A stretch of DNA of 64,000 nucleotides from Candidatus Enterousia sp. (GTDB lineage: Bacteria; Pseudomonadota; Alphaproteobacteria; Rs-D84). The DNA is taken from the NCBI GenBank assembly GCA_045613445.1, contig JAZLAZ010000020.1, positions 10,433-74,432 on the forward strand. Reading direction: 5' to 3'. This document shows, in pieces, positions 8,423 to 17,499 of this stretch. Position numbers and translations under genes: made by a program. Position 1 is the stretch's first letter. Each line of letters begins with the position of its first letter. A model generated the notes under the pieces. It ran no database searches. It was not told the DNA's origin and saw nothing but the letters and a program-made list of their open reading frames with translations.

Positions 8423-9235
8423 ATGAATTGTATAGAAGAAGCTTTTTTAACATATTTTTATGAAAAGGGCGCTTTGGGTTGCTTGACTGATAACTTTGGT
8501 CGTTTTTCTCCATCGTATACTATTTCTAATGAACATCTAAGTGAAGCGATGGAAATATTAAAGCCGTCTGGCAAATCTGTTTTGACAGTAGCTGCCAGTG
8601 GTGACCAAGCTTTTTTTTACAAAATCAATGGCGCATCACATATTGATACATTTGATATTTCGTATTGTGCACAGGTTATGATGAATATAAAAACAGCGGC
8701 CGTGCAAACATTAGATTATACTGGTTATAAAGAGTTTATAAAATCAATCAAGTCTGCTAATACAGATATTATGTGTGTGCCTAAATTTCCAAAGATATCT
8801 GTTGCGTTGTCACAGGATGCCAAACGATTTTTAAATGCTGTGCGCGGGCAAAAATATCGTTTGGGTATTGGGACTAATTTTAATCCGATGACGGCGGCGC
8901 AATATAAAAAACTGCGTGCAGGTGTAAATGCGCCGTTTAATTTTATTTGGTCTGATGTAATGAGTTTGTCGGGGCATTTAACGCAGAAGTATGACCAGAT
9001 GTATATGTCTAATATTTTTCAGTATAATTGTGATAAAGATAAAAATGTTAAACTGATTCAAGATTTGTTGCCGTTCTTAAATGACGGCGGTGAAATAATG
9101 TTGTGTGTAACACCTTTCTTTAGAAGTTTTGAATTAGATGTTATGCGTAATGTGGCCAAGGACTTGGAAAAGTTTGTGCAGATACGTTTAGAGGCAACCA
9201 GACATCAACAATATGCGATTGTAAAGAAATTATAA
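8423..9235 (+). CDS. Hypothetical protein, possibly SAM-dependent methyltransferase-fold / DUF3419 (BtaA)-like
   Basis: 'VLTVAASGDQAFFYKINGASHIDTFDISYCAQVMMNIKTAA' resembles the nucleotide-binding start of DUF3419/class I MTase folds. This is recalled from memory, not searched. Start set at ATG 8423. Confidence 0.35.
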   Translation: MNCIEEAFLTYFYEKGALGCLTDNFGRFSPSYTISNEHLSEAMEILKPSGKSVLTVAASGDQAFFYKINGASHIDTFDISYCAQVMMNIKTAAVQTLDYTGYKEFIKSIKSANTDIMCVPKFPKISVALSQDAKRFLNAVRGQKYRLGIGTNFNPMTAAQYKKLRAGVNAPFNFIWSDVMSLSGHLTQKYDQMYMSNIFQYNCDKDKNVKLIQDLLPFLNDGGEIMLCVTPFFRSFELDVMRNVAKDLEKFVQIRLEATRHQQYAIVKKL

Positions 9236-10162
9236 TGCTTCTATATCGGTTATAATTTGGATGCCGTCTGATTCCCACTGTGGAATCAATGTTTCTATGT
9301 CCATAATGTTTGTTTCTGCTAAATATAATACAGGTGTAACATTATGTTGGGATGCAATTGTTTTTATAGTTGTTATTGGTGATGGTTTTGTCTTGCCGGT
9401 TGCGAACCAGTTTTCGTTATCAACGACCCAAAAGTCAGAATCATCGTGTGTTGCGATTGCGTGTGTTTTTGTAACGATGATGTCATCAATTATTTCGAAT
9501 TCTATGTTTTTGTTGTTTAAGTATTCTGTTATATATGATTTGGTTGTTTCTGGTTCGTTTGTGTCAAAATTAAAATCTGTAAATGTTGGTATGGTTTCTG
9601 AATCTGTTTGTGATTCTGGTTCAATGTCGAAATCAGTTGGTAATGGTAATGTTGTATCAGAAATATCACTGTTGTTATCTGTGTTTTGTGTGTTCAGTGG
9701 TTTTATCTTTATGTCTAATGGGTGATTTTTTGCGCGTATAAATGCAGCACGAATTTCTGGTGGAATATTCTCATTCTGTTCTGTTGTTTCGTCTTTTGTT
9801 TCGGACTTTGTTTCTGTGATGGGGTCAATAACAGGTGTTTCTGTCTTTTTTGACTTTATACAATCAGGTAGTTTTGGCAACGGAATTGTTATCAGTGGTT
9901 TTTTATTGCGAATGATCAACAGGCTGGTTGATATGTAAATTAGTGGTGCTGCAAATATTATTGTGCCAAAAACAAATCCGATAAATCCATGTAATCGGGA
10001 ATGTGTCAGGCGATGCCATTGTGATGTGTTGAAAATAGAAAAACCAAACATGTTGTACAATATTGCCCATAAAACAAATATGTAACATATTGTCCATATT
10101 ATGAAATATTTGTGTTCGGTTAAAGTTTTTAGTATTTTATTCATCAAAATTATTATAGACAA
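9230..10162 (-). CDS. Hypothetical membrane protein with an acidic Thr/Asp/Glu-rich linker
   Basis: There are 2-3 N-terminal hydrophobic helices (FIIWTICYIFVLWAILY, GFIGFVFGTIIFAAPLIYISTSLLII), an acidic low-complexity middle and a globular C-terminus. No recognisable motif. Confidence 0.5.
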   Translation of the reverse strand: MSIIILMNKILKTLTEHKYFIIWTICYIFVLWAILYNMFGFSIFNTSQWHRLTHSRLHGFIGFVFGTIIFAAPLIYISTSLLIIRNKKPLITIPLPKLPDCIKSKKTETPVIDPITETKSETKDETTEQNENIPPEIRAAFIRAKNHPLDIKIKPLNTQNTDNNSDISDTTLPLPTDFDIEPESQTDSETIPTFTDFNFDTNEPETTKSYITEYLNNKNIEFEIIDDIIVTKTHAIATHDDSDFWVVDNENWFATGKTKPSPITTIKTIASQHNVTPVLYLAETNIMDIETLIPQWESDGIQIITDIEAL

Positions 10163-10268
10163 CAGTTTTGTTTTGTCAATCTTAAATACGGTAAAAAAAT
10201 TATGTAAAAAAGTCTTTTTTTATAATGCATTTTATGTCATAATAAAAGAGATAATAGGAGAGGCCTTT

Positions 10269-12431
10269 ATGTCTAGGATTTTGAAAGTGTGTGGATTATC
10301 TGTTTTGTCAGCAGCGGTTTGTTTGTTGAATGTTGCTGCAAATGCGGCAACAGGACGCGCAGCATATGAAAATGTGCGCACTGGTTCGTTCACAGGGAAT
10401 GCAACATCAACTGCTCGTATGCCCAGTATGCCGACTTTGCCATTGATTGCAGTTGGTAATATTTCGACAGATGTGCCATCAAACCCAACCGATGGCGAAC
10501 CTTCACATGATGATGGGAATAATGGCGATGAAAATGGTAATCCGCCGGGACCGGATTTGCCTCCGACGGTTACTGTGCATGAATGTCCAGATGGTGGCGT
10601 CAAGAATTCTTCGTATACAGTTGATAATTGTATGCGTGATGTTTTGGCGTGTATCAATAATGGCGCGTTACCAAATGGATTAAATGATATGTTTAATTCT
10701 GATTTGCGTGCGTCAATTATCAATGGAATGGGGTTGTGCTATAACCAGGTTGATAAATGCATAACAGATGTCAGAAGAAATTGTAGCCGTGTATATAGTT
10801 CACGTGCAGATGTTTGGATTGACTTTAATTCACGCAAGGTTCAACCAGAATATTACAGCTTTGTATTGCGTAAAACTGGTTTAACACCGCGTCAGGCTGA
10901 AAATACATGTCTGTTATTAGATAAAAATGTTTATGGTAAATCGTTTGCTGCTGTTGGTGGTGAAACAAAGGTTACTGGTGAATATGACCAAAAAATTGGC
11001 GCATATAACCAACAGTTAAATAATTCGTTGGTAAAAGATAATCCAATGGGGCCGTATGAAAATAGACATGGTTATGTTGATTCACAACGTGGATATTATG
11101 CGCGTTGGGATGCGACCGCAGCAGAATGTTTAATCCGTGTCGCTGCGTATAATAAGGATAAACAAATTTCAAATAGTTGGTTGTTCGGCACAATTGGTGA
11201 TGATAGGCCTGCAGAAGTGTGGAAAGCTGCTGGTGACTCGTTCACATGTAACAAAGACTTGTTTGGTTTTTCTTTATTAAAAGATACAGAAACTGTTGCA
11301 TTGATTGGTGTTGGTGGTGGTACTGTTTTGGGTGCTGGTATTGGTGCTGCGGCGGGTGCAGGTGTCGCAAATAAAAATGCTAAGGCAGGTGAAGGTTGTG
11401 ACAATAAGGTGTTTCGTAATGATATGTTAAAGACTTTGCAACAATCCACAAATATGGAAGTTTTAAGTCGATTCTTGTCAGAGAGTATTAATAAAGCAAG
11501 TTCTGAAATGTCGAAACAGGTTTGTGAAGAAATTTTGAGATTACCAGATATATACGATGACTATGATATGTTAGTTTCTTTGTGTGAAAAAGGTAATGTA
11601 CAGAATTTGGATGTGTATTCTGTTGTTTGTGAAGGGGGTAAAGTCGAAGATTGTTTGCGTCAGCAGATAACAGAGCTTGGCAAGATTGAGTCTTCAGAAA
11701 TTGATGCGACGTTGTCACAATTGAAACCATGTGTTACAACCATTGATGCGGCCAAAGGGCAGTATGTGATTAAGGGCGACGGTACATGTGGTGAAATTAT
11801 GGCAGATGCTGGGTTTGAAAAAAAGCAAATGGGCGATTGTATGTTTAAAAATCCAGATAAACAGGCACAAAAATCAAATCGCGAAGATGTTCTTTGTTTT
11901 AGTGAAGGCGAATGTGTTGATCATATCAAGGCGCGTGAAAGTTTGAATATAATGGCAACTGTTTTGCCAACAATACAGTTAGAAATGCCAAAAACAGAAT
12001 CTCGTGGTGCAACAATTGGTAAGGGTGCTGCGATTGGTGCGGCCGTTGGTGCTGGTGCTGGTGGTTTGGCAACTGCGATTACTGCGTTGGTTGAACATGA
12101 TAATATCAACTGTCGTGTTGGTGATGGTTTGACTCAAGTAGGATTGAACAAATCGTATTCAATAGATGGTTTGAAAGATTTGTATGTAAAATGGAAATTA
12201 AATCTGCCAGATACACAGGTTATTGGTGGTGGTACGACTGTGAAAGACAAATCATCATGGGAAGATGCGTGTAAGACATATGTGTCCGAAGAAGCGTGTG
12301 AATCAGCAGAGTTCTATTACAAGAATGCAGTTGGTGCATTGGAATGGGTATATTCTGCATGTGAATATGATTCAGCTGGTGAGACATGTGACCCAAATGC
12401 AACATTATTGAAATCGTATGATGTTAAATAA
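10269..12431 (+). CDS. Secreted cysteine-rich protein with two glycine-zipper segments (divergent family member P2)
   Basis: ATG 10269 is preceded by AGGAGAGG. Signal peptide MSRILKVCGLSVLSAAVCLLNVAANA. Cx6C pairs are CMRDVLAC and CYNQVDKCITDVRRNC. Zippers are VALIGVGGGTVLGAGIGAAAGAGVA and GATIGKGAAIGAAVGAGAGGLATAI. Confidence 0.75.
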   Translation: MSRILKVCGLSVLSAAVCLLNVAANAATGRAAYENVRTGSFTGNATSTARMPSMPTLPLIAVGNISTDVPSNPTDGEPSHDDGNNGDENGNPPGPDLPPTVTVHECPDGGVKNSSYTVDNCMRDVLACINNGALPNGLNDMFNSDLRASIINGMGLCYNQVDKCITDVRRNCSRVYSSRADVWIDFNSRKVQPEYYSFVLRKTGLTPRQAENTCLLLDKNVYGKSFAAVGGETKVTGEYDQKIGAYNQQLNNSLVKDNPMGPYENRHGYVDSQRGYYARWDATAAECLIRVAAYNKDKQISNSWLFGTIGDDRPAEVWKAAGDSFTCNKDLFGFSLLKDTETVALIGVGGGTVLGAGIGAAAGAGVANKNAKAGEGCDNKVFRNDMLKTLQQSTNMEVLSRFLSESINKASSEMSKQVCEEILRLPDIYDDYDMLVSLCEKGNVQNLDVYSVVCEGGKVEDCLRQQITELGKIESSEIDATLSQLKPCVTTIDAAKGQYVIKGDGTCGEIMADAGFEKKQMGDCMFKNPDKQAQKSNREDVLCFSEGECVDHIKARESLNIMATVLPTIQLEMPKTESRGATIGKGAAIGAAVGAGAGGLATAITALVEHDNINCRVGDGLTQVGLNKSYSIDGLKDLYVKWKLNLPDTQVIGGGTTVKDKSSWEDACKTYVSEEACESAEFYYKNAVGALEWVYSACEYDSAGETCDPNATLLKSYDVK

Positions 12432-12458
12432 AAAATTCCCCCAGATGGGGGATTTTTT
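12431..12458 (+). terminator. Rho-independent terminator after P2
   Basis: AAAAAATTCCCCC-AGAT-GGGGGATTTTTT. Confidence 0.85.
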
Positions 12459-12495
12459 ATTGGTTTTTTTTTATATATTTGATATTTTCTAGATC

Positions 12496-13122
12496 ATGAA
12501 AAAAGATATTCCTGATTTTAATTTAGAAGTATTATCTGGATGTGATATTGTTGCAGGTGTAGATGAGGCAGGGCGTGGGCCATTGTGTGGACCGGTGGTG
12601 GCTGCTGCTGTGATATTCCCAGATCGGGATATTCACATTCCAATTGTTATTCGTGATTCAAAACAAATGTCTGCGCATCAACGCGCGGATGCGTATGAAT
12701 GGATTGTCAATAATACTGTGTGGGCTGTGGCAGAATGTAGTCCAACAGAAATTGATGAAATGAATATTTTGTGGGCTTCGATGTGTGCTATGAAACGTGC
12801 AGTTGATAAATTACAAATAAAACCACATTGTTGTTTAATTGATGGTAATCGTGTGCCAGATGGTATAAATGGACAATCTGTGGTCAAGGGTGATGCAAAG
12901 TCTTTATCAATTGCTGCAGCATCTATTATTGCAAAAGAAACACGTGATAAAATTATGCGTGATTTATCAAAAGAATTTCCGCAATATGGATGGGATAAAA
13001 ATGCGGGGTATCCAACAAAATCTCATTTACAGGCAATCGAAATATATGGTATAAATCAACATTATAGAAAAAGTTTTGGACCGGTTAAAGAAAGGATGAA
13101 AAATGAAAGTTCGCACGATTGA
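12496..13122 (+). CDS. rnhB: Ribonuclease HII
   Basis: 'VAGVDEAGRGPLCGPVVAAAV' is the catalytic motif. 208 aa. Confidence 0.93.
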   Translation: MKKDIPDFNLEVLSGCDIVAGVDEAGRGPLCGPVVAAAVIFPDRDIHIPIVIRDSKQMSAHQRADAYEWIVNNTVWAVAECSPTEIDEMNILWASMCAMKRAVDKLQIKPHCCLIDGNRVPDGINGQSVVKGDAKSLSIAAASIIAKETRDKIMRDLSKEFPQYGWDKNAGYPTKSHLQAIEIYGINQHYRKSFGPVKERMKNESSHD

Positions 13123-14272
13123 AAATGTAGAAGTTTGTGGAAAATTTGTATTGTTGCGTGATGACTTTAATGTACAAATAGTTGATGGAAAAATCACAGA
13201 CGCATTTCGTATTGAACAAAGTATGCCTACAATAAATGCATTGCGTGATGCAGGGGCTAAAATCGCAATTGTTGCACATCGTGGACGACCAAAGGGGCAG
13301 AGAAATTTGGAATACACATTACAACCAATTGCGGACTTTATGAATATTCCGTTGATTCCTGATTGTTTGGATAAAGAATTTATGAACTATATGCAAAATG
13401 GTGATGTTGTATTGTTGGAAAATGTTCGTTTTTACGATGGTGAAGAAAAAAACGATCCTGTATTTTCTGCAGAATTGGCACGTGGTTTTGACCTGTTTAT
13501 AAATGATGCGTTTGCAGTTTCGCATCGTGCACACGCAAGTACTGTGGGTGTTGCTGAAATTCTGCCATCGTATGCAGGTAAATTGTTGGCAAATGAAATT
13601 GAGCATTTAACTGATGTTATGGAAAATCCAAAACGCCCATTGTTGTCCATTGTTGCAGGAAGTAAGGTTTCAACAAAGATAGGTGTTTTGAAGGCATTGG
13701 CAAAATTATCAGATACAATGATTATTGGTGGTGCATTGGGGACAACATTTAATTATGCAATGGGAGGGCAGGTTGGAAATTCGTTGTATGAAGCAGATCA
13801 AAAAGATACTGCATTGGAAATACTGAAATATGCCAAAGAAAATAATTGTGATATCTTGTTGCCATTAGACAAGGGTGTTGCCAAGGAATTCGCACGTGAT
13901 GCACAAAGATTTAACAAAGATTTTACACAAATTGAACCAGATGATGTAATTATTGATGCAGGTGTTGCGACAACAGAACGTGATACAAATGCGATTCGTT
14001 CTGCGCGAACTGTTATTTGGAATGGTACTGTTGGTATGGCTGAATGGATGCCAACTTGGTCATATGGTTCATTTGCATTGGCAAATACGATTGCAGAACA
14101 AACACGTGCAGGAAAATTGGATAGTATTATTGGTGGTGGTGATACAGTTGCTGCGTTGGAAGCTTGTGGTGTCAAGGATGATATTACATATGTTTCTACG
14201 GGTGGTGGGGCGTTTTTGGAATTTATCGAAGGTCGTGTTTTGCCAGGTATTGCAATACTGGAATATAAATAA
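13103..14272 (+). CDS. pgk: Phosphoglycerate kinase
   Basis: 'IAIVAHRGRPKG', 'LLENVRFYDGEEKND' and 'STGGGAFLEFIEG' are Pgk motifs. Overlaps rnhB by 20 nt. Confidence 0.96.
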   Translation: MKVRTIENVEVCGKFVLLRDDFNVQIVDGKITDAFRIEQSMPTINALRDAGAKIAIVAHRGRPKGQRNLEYTLQPIADFMNIPLIPDCLDKEFMNYMQNGDVVLLENVRFYDGEEKNDPVFSAELARGFDLFINDAFAVSHRAHASTVGVAEILPSYAGKLLANEIEHLTDVMENPKRPLLSIVAGSKVSTKIGVLKALAKLSDTMIIGGALGTTFNYAMGGQVGNSLYEADQKDTALEILKYAKENNCDILLPLDKGVAKEFARDAQRFNKDFTQIEPDDVIIDAGVATTERDTNAIRSARTVIWNGTVGMAEWMPTWSYGSFALANTIAEQTRAGKLDSIIGGGDTVAALEACGVKDDITYVSTGGGAFLEFIEGRVLPGIAILEYK

Positions 14273-14298
14273 AAATCCCCAAACGGGGATTTTTTATT
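14212..14298 (+). repeat. 87-bp direct repeat, copy 1 (last 19 codons of pgk, stop codon and terminator)
   Basis: Matches 15851-15937 at 84 of 87 positions by manual alignment. Confidence 0.9.
14271..14296. terminator. Bidirectional terminator (AAAAATCCCC-AAAC-GGGGATTTTTT) between pgk and the inserted gene
   Basis: Perfect stem flanked by an A-run and a T-run, between convergent genes. Confidence 0.85.
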
Positions 14299-15791
14299 CA
14301 TCTTGAATATTGTTGTTGTGGAACCGAATTGTTGTTTGTTATGCGCGTCAGTGACATTTTCTGAACAGATACATCATCGTATTGCTTTTGTAGTGACAAG
14401 TCAATGCGATCATATACATTTTTTGGTGCAAAATTAGATTTGTTCATAATGTCTGTATATGAAATTTTGTGTGGTAGTGTCAATGTCATAATTGGCACGT
14501 TTATATGATTGTTGATAATTTTTTGACATTGATTATCTGCATTTATTTGCAGTTCTTTTAATAGTTTTAATATTTTGGGTGGAATAGTATTGTTTTTTGA
14601 TTTAGAAAATTTTATCTTTTCCATAAACTCCATAATTTCTTTGCGTGTTTCGGTGTTCATATATACATTCGCAAAGTATGGATCGAATAATTCAATTTCA
14701 GGATGTGTAAGTAATAATTTATTTAATTTGATTTCTTGTTCTGGTGTTAGTTTGTTTGTTCGGGCGATAGTTTGTATTTCAATGGCATCAATGTAGTCAA
14801 TGTATATGCTGTGAATAGTGCTATTCCCATAAATACGTTTTTTTAGATTTAGTGGATTTAACATATATGTTAGATAAGCTTGGTTGTAAATTTTGGCCAG
14901 TGTTATTCGTGTAAAAATGTTGTCGTATTGATTTATTACAAAATCATGTGGTTTTTTTATGCTGATTTCTGTGTCCAGTACAGAATTTGCTGTGATGCGT
15001 GAATTGTATTTTTCAACCAAGGGAACTAATGTGTTCATGGAGGTAAGATACAATTCTTTGTTATTTGTTTGTTCATTATATTCGCGAATTATTTTTGCAG
15101 TTGTTAAAAATATGTCAGAATATAATTTTACAAGTTTTGGATTATTTTGATGCTGAATAACAAATTCAATAATATTTACAATACATTTTTTGTATTCTTG
15201 GTTTTTTCCAATTTGTGTTATGTCACTGGTGGCAACATGTAGCGCCTTGGTCATAATAAGTTCTGGATTTTTTAATCGGTTAAAATATTTCCCATCAATA
15301 ATAAATCTGAATGCGTCATATTCTGGCATGTCAGATGCGCGTTTGTTTGCAGCCGTTATAATAATGTCTGATTTGTTAGTAATGTTTAATTTATTTTGTA
15401 ATTCAGGTGTAATACTGTTTGCTAAATAATTCGCATGATGCATAGATAGACGCATTTGTTCATACATTTTATCTGGGTGATCTATTTTATTTAATAAATC
15501 AATCAACTGATTGATGTTGTACTTTTCTGGGGTCGCGTTATATGTTTTTATAATATGATCGTGCACTGTTTTGATTTCTGATTCAGAAATAGAATCATTT
15601 ACAGCGCGACGGATAGAATCTGCCTGAGCATCGAAAAAATCGATGGTACTTTTGGGAATTTGAGTAATTTTGCTAAAATCGGTGATTTGTTTTTGTTGTG
15701 GTATAGAATCTGTTGTGTTGGTATCTGTGGCACGTGCTGATGGTGATAGACCCAGAAAGGTTAGCGGTAATAAAAACTTTTTGATATTCAT
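14298..15791 (-). CDS. Hypothetical secreted protein (Asn/Lys/Ile-rich), cargo of the pgk-flanked insertion
   Basis: Start set at ATG 15791, giving the signal peptide MNIKKFLLPLTFLGLSPSARA. No recognisable domains. Confidence 0.6.
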   Translation of the reverse strand: MNIKKFLLPLTFLGLSPSARATDTNTTDSIPQQKQITDFSKITQIPKSTIDFFDAQADSIRRAVNDSISESEIKTVHDHIIKTYNATPEKYNINQLIDLLNKIDHPDKMYEQMRLSMHHANYLANSITPELQNKLNITNKSDIIITAANKRASDMPEYDAFRFIIDGKYFNRLKNPELIMTKALHVATSDITQIGKNQEYKKCIVNIIEFVIQHQNNPKLVKLYSDIFLTTAKIIREYNEQTNNKELYLTSMNTLVPLVEKYNSRITANSVLDTEISIKKPHDFVINQYDNIFTRITLAKIYNQAYLTYMLNPLNLKKRIYGNSTIHSIYIDYIDAIEIQTIARTNKLTPEQEIKLNKLLLTHPEIELFDPYFANVYMNTETRKEIMEFMEKIKFSKSKNNTIPPKILKLLKELQINADNQCQKIINNHINVPIMTLTLPHKISYTDIMNKSNFAPKNVYDRIDLSLQKQYDDVSVQKMSLTRITNNNSVPQQQYSR

Positions 15792-15850
15792 AATGGCTAT
15801 TGTAACACATAAAATGTGTTTTGTCAAACATGTTCCTTGTTGTTTAGGAT
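14299..15850. mobile_element. Inserted segment bounded by the 87-bp pgk-3' direct repeats; carries one AT-rich gene
   Basis: It lies exactly between repeat copies 14212-14298 and 15851-15937. By eye it is more AT-rich and Asn/Lys/Ile-rich than its flanks. No recombinase gene inside. Confidence 0.55.
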
Positions 15851-15851
15851 G

Positions 15852-15911
15852 TTTTTTGAATTTATCGAAGGTCGTGTTTTATCAGGTATTGCAATACTGG
15901 AATATAAATAA
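15852..15911 (+). pseudogene. Orphan 3'-terminal fragment of pgk (19 codons plus stop)
   Basis: It translates to FFEFIEGRVLSGIAILEYK*, against FLEFIEGRVLPGIAILEYK* at the true pgk end. There is no upstream pgk body. Confidence 0.8.
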
Positions 15912-15936
15912 AAATCCCCAAACGGGGATTTTTTAT
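15910..15936. terminator. Bidirectional terminator (duplicate of the pgk terminator) serving the minus-strand gene 15933-16310
   Basis: AAAAATCCCC-AAAC-GGGGATTTTTT. Confidence 0.8.
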
Positions 15937-16310
15937 TTTGTTTTATTGTATTGGCATCTTCTGCATATGTTTAATCCGTGCAACATTGCAGCATGTTCGC
16001 TGACATGTGTGCCAGGGGTGTGCATGTCACCAATCTTGACCCAGAATTGTTTTTTAGGATCGCATGTAATACGACACTTTTCCGCGCAGCCATTACAATG
16101 AATGTCTGATTTTAATTCAAATGTTTTCTTGCCAGATGTCTGGGTGTCATAGTGTGTACACAATTTACACAGATTTAATCCGAAATCATATGTGTTGTCA
16201 TTTACAGAACAGTGCACCTGTGTTTCACCAATAACAAGATAACCAAATGACAATGCATAGATGTCACAATTTTGATTGCAACCATTACAATGTGCGCCAA
16301 GTTTATACAT
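15933..16310 (-). CDS. Small cysteine-rich cytoplasmic protein, putative metal-binding (possibly DUF3795-like)
   Basis: 125 aa with CNGCNQNC, CKLC, CNGCAEKCRITC and CRRC clusters and no signal peptide. The family call is from memory only. Confidence 0.4.
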   Translation of the reverse strand: MYKLGAHCNGCNQNCDIYALSFGYLVIGETQVHCSVNDNTYDFGLNLCKLCTHYDTQTSGKKTFELKSDIHCNGCAEKCRITCDPKKQFWVKIGDMHTPGTHVSEHAAMLHGLNICRRCQYNKTK

Positions 16311-16355
16311 GCTATATCCCTTTTGTTTTCAGGGAATATAGCATGTCGTAGCTAG

Positions 16356-17432
16356 TTAGTCAATCTTTACAGAAAATATTGTTTGTTGCTTTTCTGTATC
16401 CAATGGATGGTATTGAAATTGGACTGTTGCAAAATCTATGTTCTTCATATCAATACTGCGAATCGTTCGATTGTACATTGTGTGGTAATAGATAATCTTG
16501 TTTTTAAGGTCTGTTGCAATCGTCCATTGTGTTGCTGCAGGCATATCTGTTGGGGATTTCCCAACCGCGTATTCGACACCAGATGGAATATCAACGTTGT
16601 TCAAGATGTGAAATGCTTGTTCAACCGATTTTTCGCCTGTGTCTTGTTCCAGTGCAAATGTTTTTAAGAATGCTGCGCGAACAAATCGTGATGGTGGGGT
16701 AAAGTCGCCGGGTAATCCGCGCAGACCAGAACCAGAACCAAATGCGTGTAATGTAATTGGACCAAATTGTGTGGGGCCGGCAGTGCCTGGATGCAGATTT
16801 ACATAATTATTCAAATTTGTCATATGCCATGGAAATCCTGGAGAATTAGTCAGAACACCAATTTCGTTTTCATAAAAGTTTGGGCGGCCGTCAACTATTT
16901 CTAAGACAACTTGGCGACCATTTGGTTCTGTTATGCGCCAGTGTACAGTTGATGCGGTTGGATCAATGTTTATGATGCGAACATCGTTGATTGCGGCTTT
17001 GACCTGGTCAATGGTTGAAAATCGTGACAATATCCATGAAACAACTTGGAAATCTGCCAGTGATATATCTTTGCTTTTTTCATTGTATTCTTGGTATTCG
17101 CCATAGTTCGGGAAATAGAACAGGGCAGCCGATAAACCCGCTTCATTTGTGCCATCAACAACAAATTCTGGCTGTTCAACAGCGATTCCGGCATAACCAT
17201 ACAATGATATAAAGTTTAAACCGTCCATTGTTCCGTCTGGTAACAGTGATTGATTATGATGACCGCGTGGGACGATGGTGTACAGATTGTTCATTTCGGA
17301 TCCCGACCAATCAACAGTGCGTGCGACAACAGTTGCGTTGTCTTTTGATTTTAATGTTATGCCGGTGCATGCGCTGGCATTTTGTATTAGTGCGATACAG
17401 ATGCTTAGTGTTGCGATAAATAAATTTTTCAT
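16356..17432 (-). CDS. Exported choloylglycine hydrolase family protein (bile salt hydrolase / penicillin V acylase-type Ntn hydrolase)
   Basis: The signal peptide MKNLFIATLSICIALIQNASA is followed directly by the nucleophile Cys in 'CTGITLKSKDNATVVARTVDW'. A perfect AAGGAGG SD lies upstream of ATG 17432. Confidence 0.8.
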   Translation of the reverse strand: MKNLFIATLSICIALIQNASACTGITLKSKDNATVVARTVDWSGSEMNNLYTIVPRGHHNQSLLPDGTMDGLNFISLYGYAGIAVEQPEFVVDGTNEAGLSAALFYFPNYGEYQEYNEKSKDISLADFQVVSWILSRFSTIDQVKAAINDVRIINIDPTASTVHWRITEPNGRQVVLEIVDGRPNFYENEIGVLTNSPGFPWHMTNLNNYVNLHPGTAGPTQFGPITLHAFGSGSGLRGLPGDFTPPSRFVRAAFLKTFALEQDTGEKSVEQAFHILNNVDIPSGVEYAVGKSPTDMPAATQWTIATDLKNKIIYYHTMYNRTIRSIDMKNIDFATVQFQYHPLDTEKQQTIFSVKID

Positions 17433-17499
17433 AGTTGTGTCCTCCTTGATATAAATTATCTATATTTTTAAGGAGTTTGCACTAGGGATGTATTGCTAA

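Larger units (their letters stand above)
15851..15937 (+). repeat. 87-bp direct repeat, copy 2
   Basis: See copy 1. Three substitutions in total. Confidence 0.9.

Noticed and set aside
10101-10268. N-terminal extensions suggested by the ORF track (10101, 7414, 8384, 23253, 25294, 35526, 35911, 38339-39154, 39043, 42081, 53793-56069, 58658)
   Set aside because: In each case an internal ATG with a Shine-Dalgarno-like purine run gives a canonical protein N-terminus or signal peptide. The extensions overlap upstream genes, promoters or terminators.
13798-14301. 167-aa minus-strand ORF within pgk, and 173-aa plus-strand ORF (24693-25214) within eno
   Set aside because: Both are antisense to unambiguous, highly conserved glycolytic genes.
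15670-16101. 143-aa plus-strand ORF running from the inserted gene's start region through the orphan pgk fragment
   Set aside because: It is a chimeric reading frame across a repeat boundary and a terminator. It overlaps two better-supported minus-strand genes.
16311-16351. Imperfect hairpin GCTATATCCC...GGGAATATAGC between the hydrolase gene and the Cys-cluster gene, considered as a terminator
   Set aside because: There is no T-run on the transcribed (minus) strand. It overlaps the putative RBS of the downstream gene, so at most it is a translational hairpin. The evidence is too weak to annotate.
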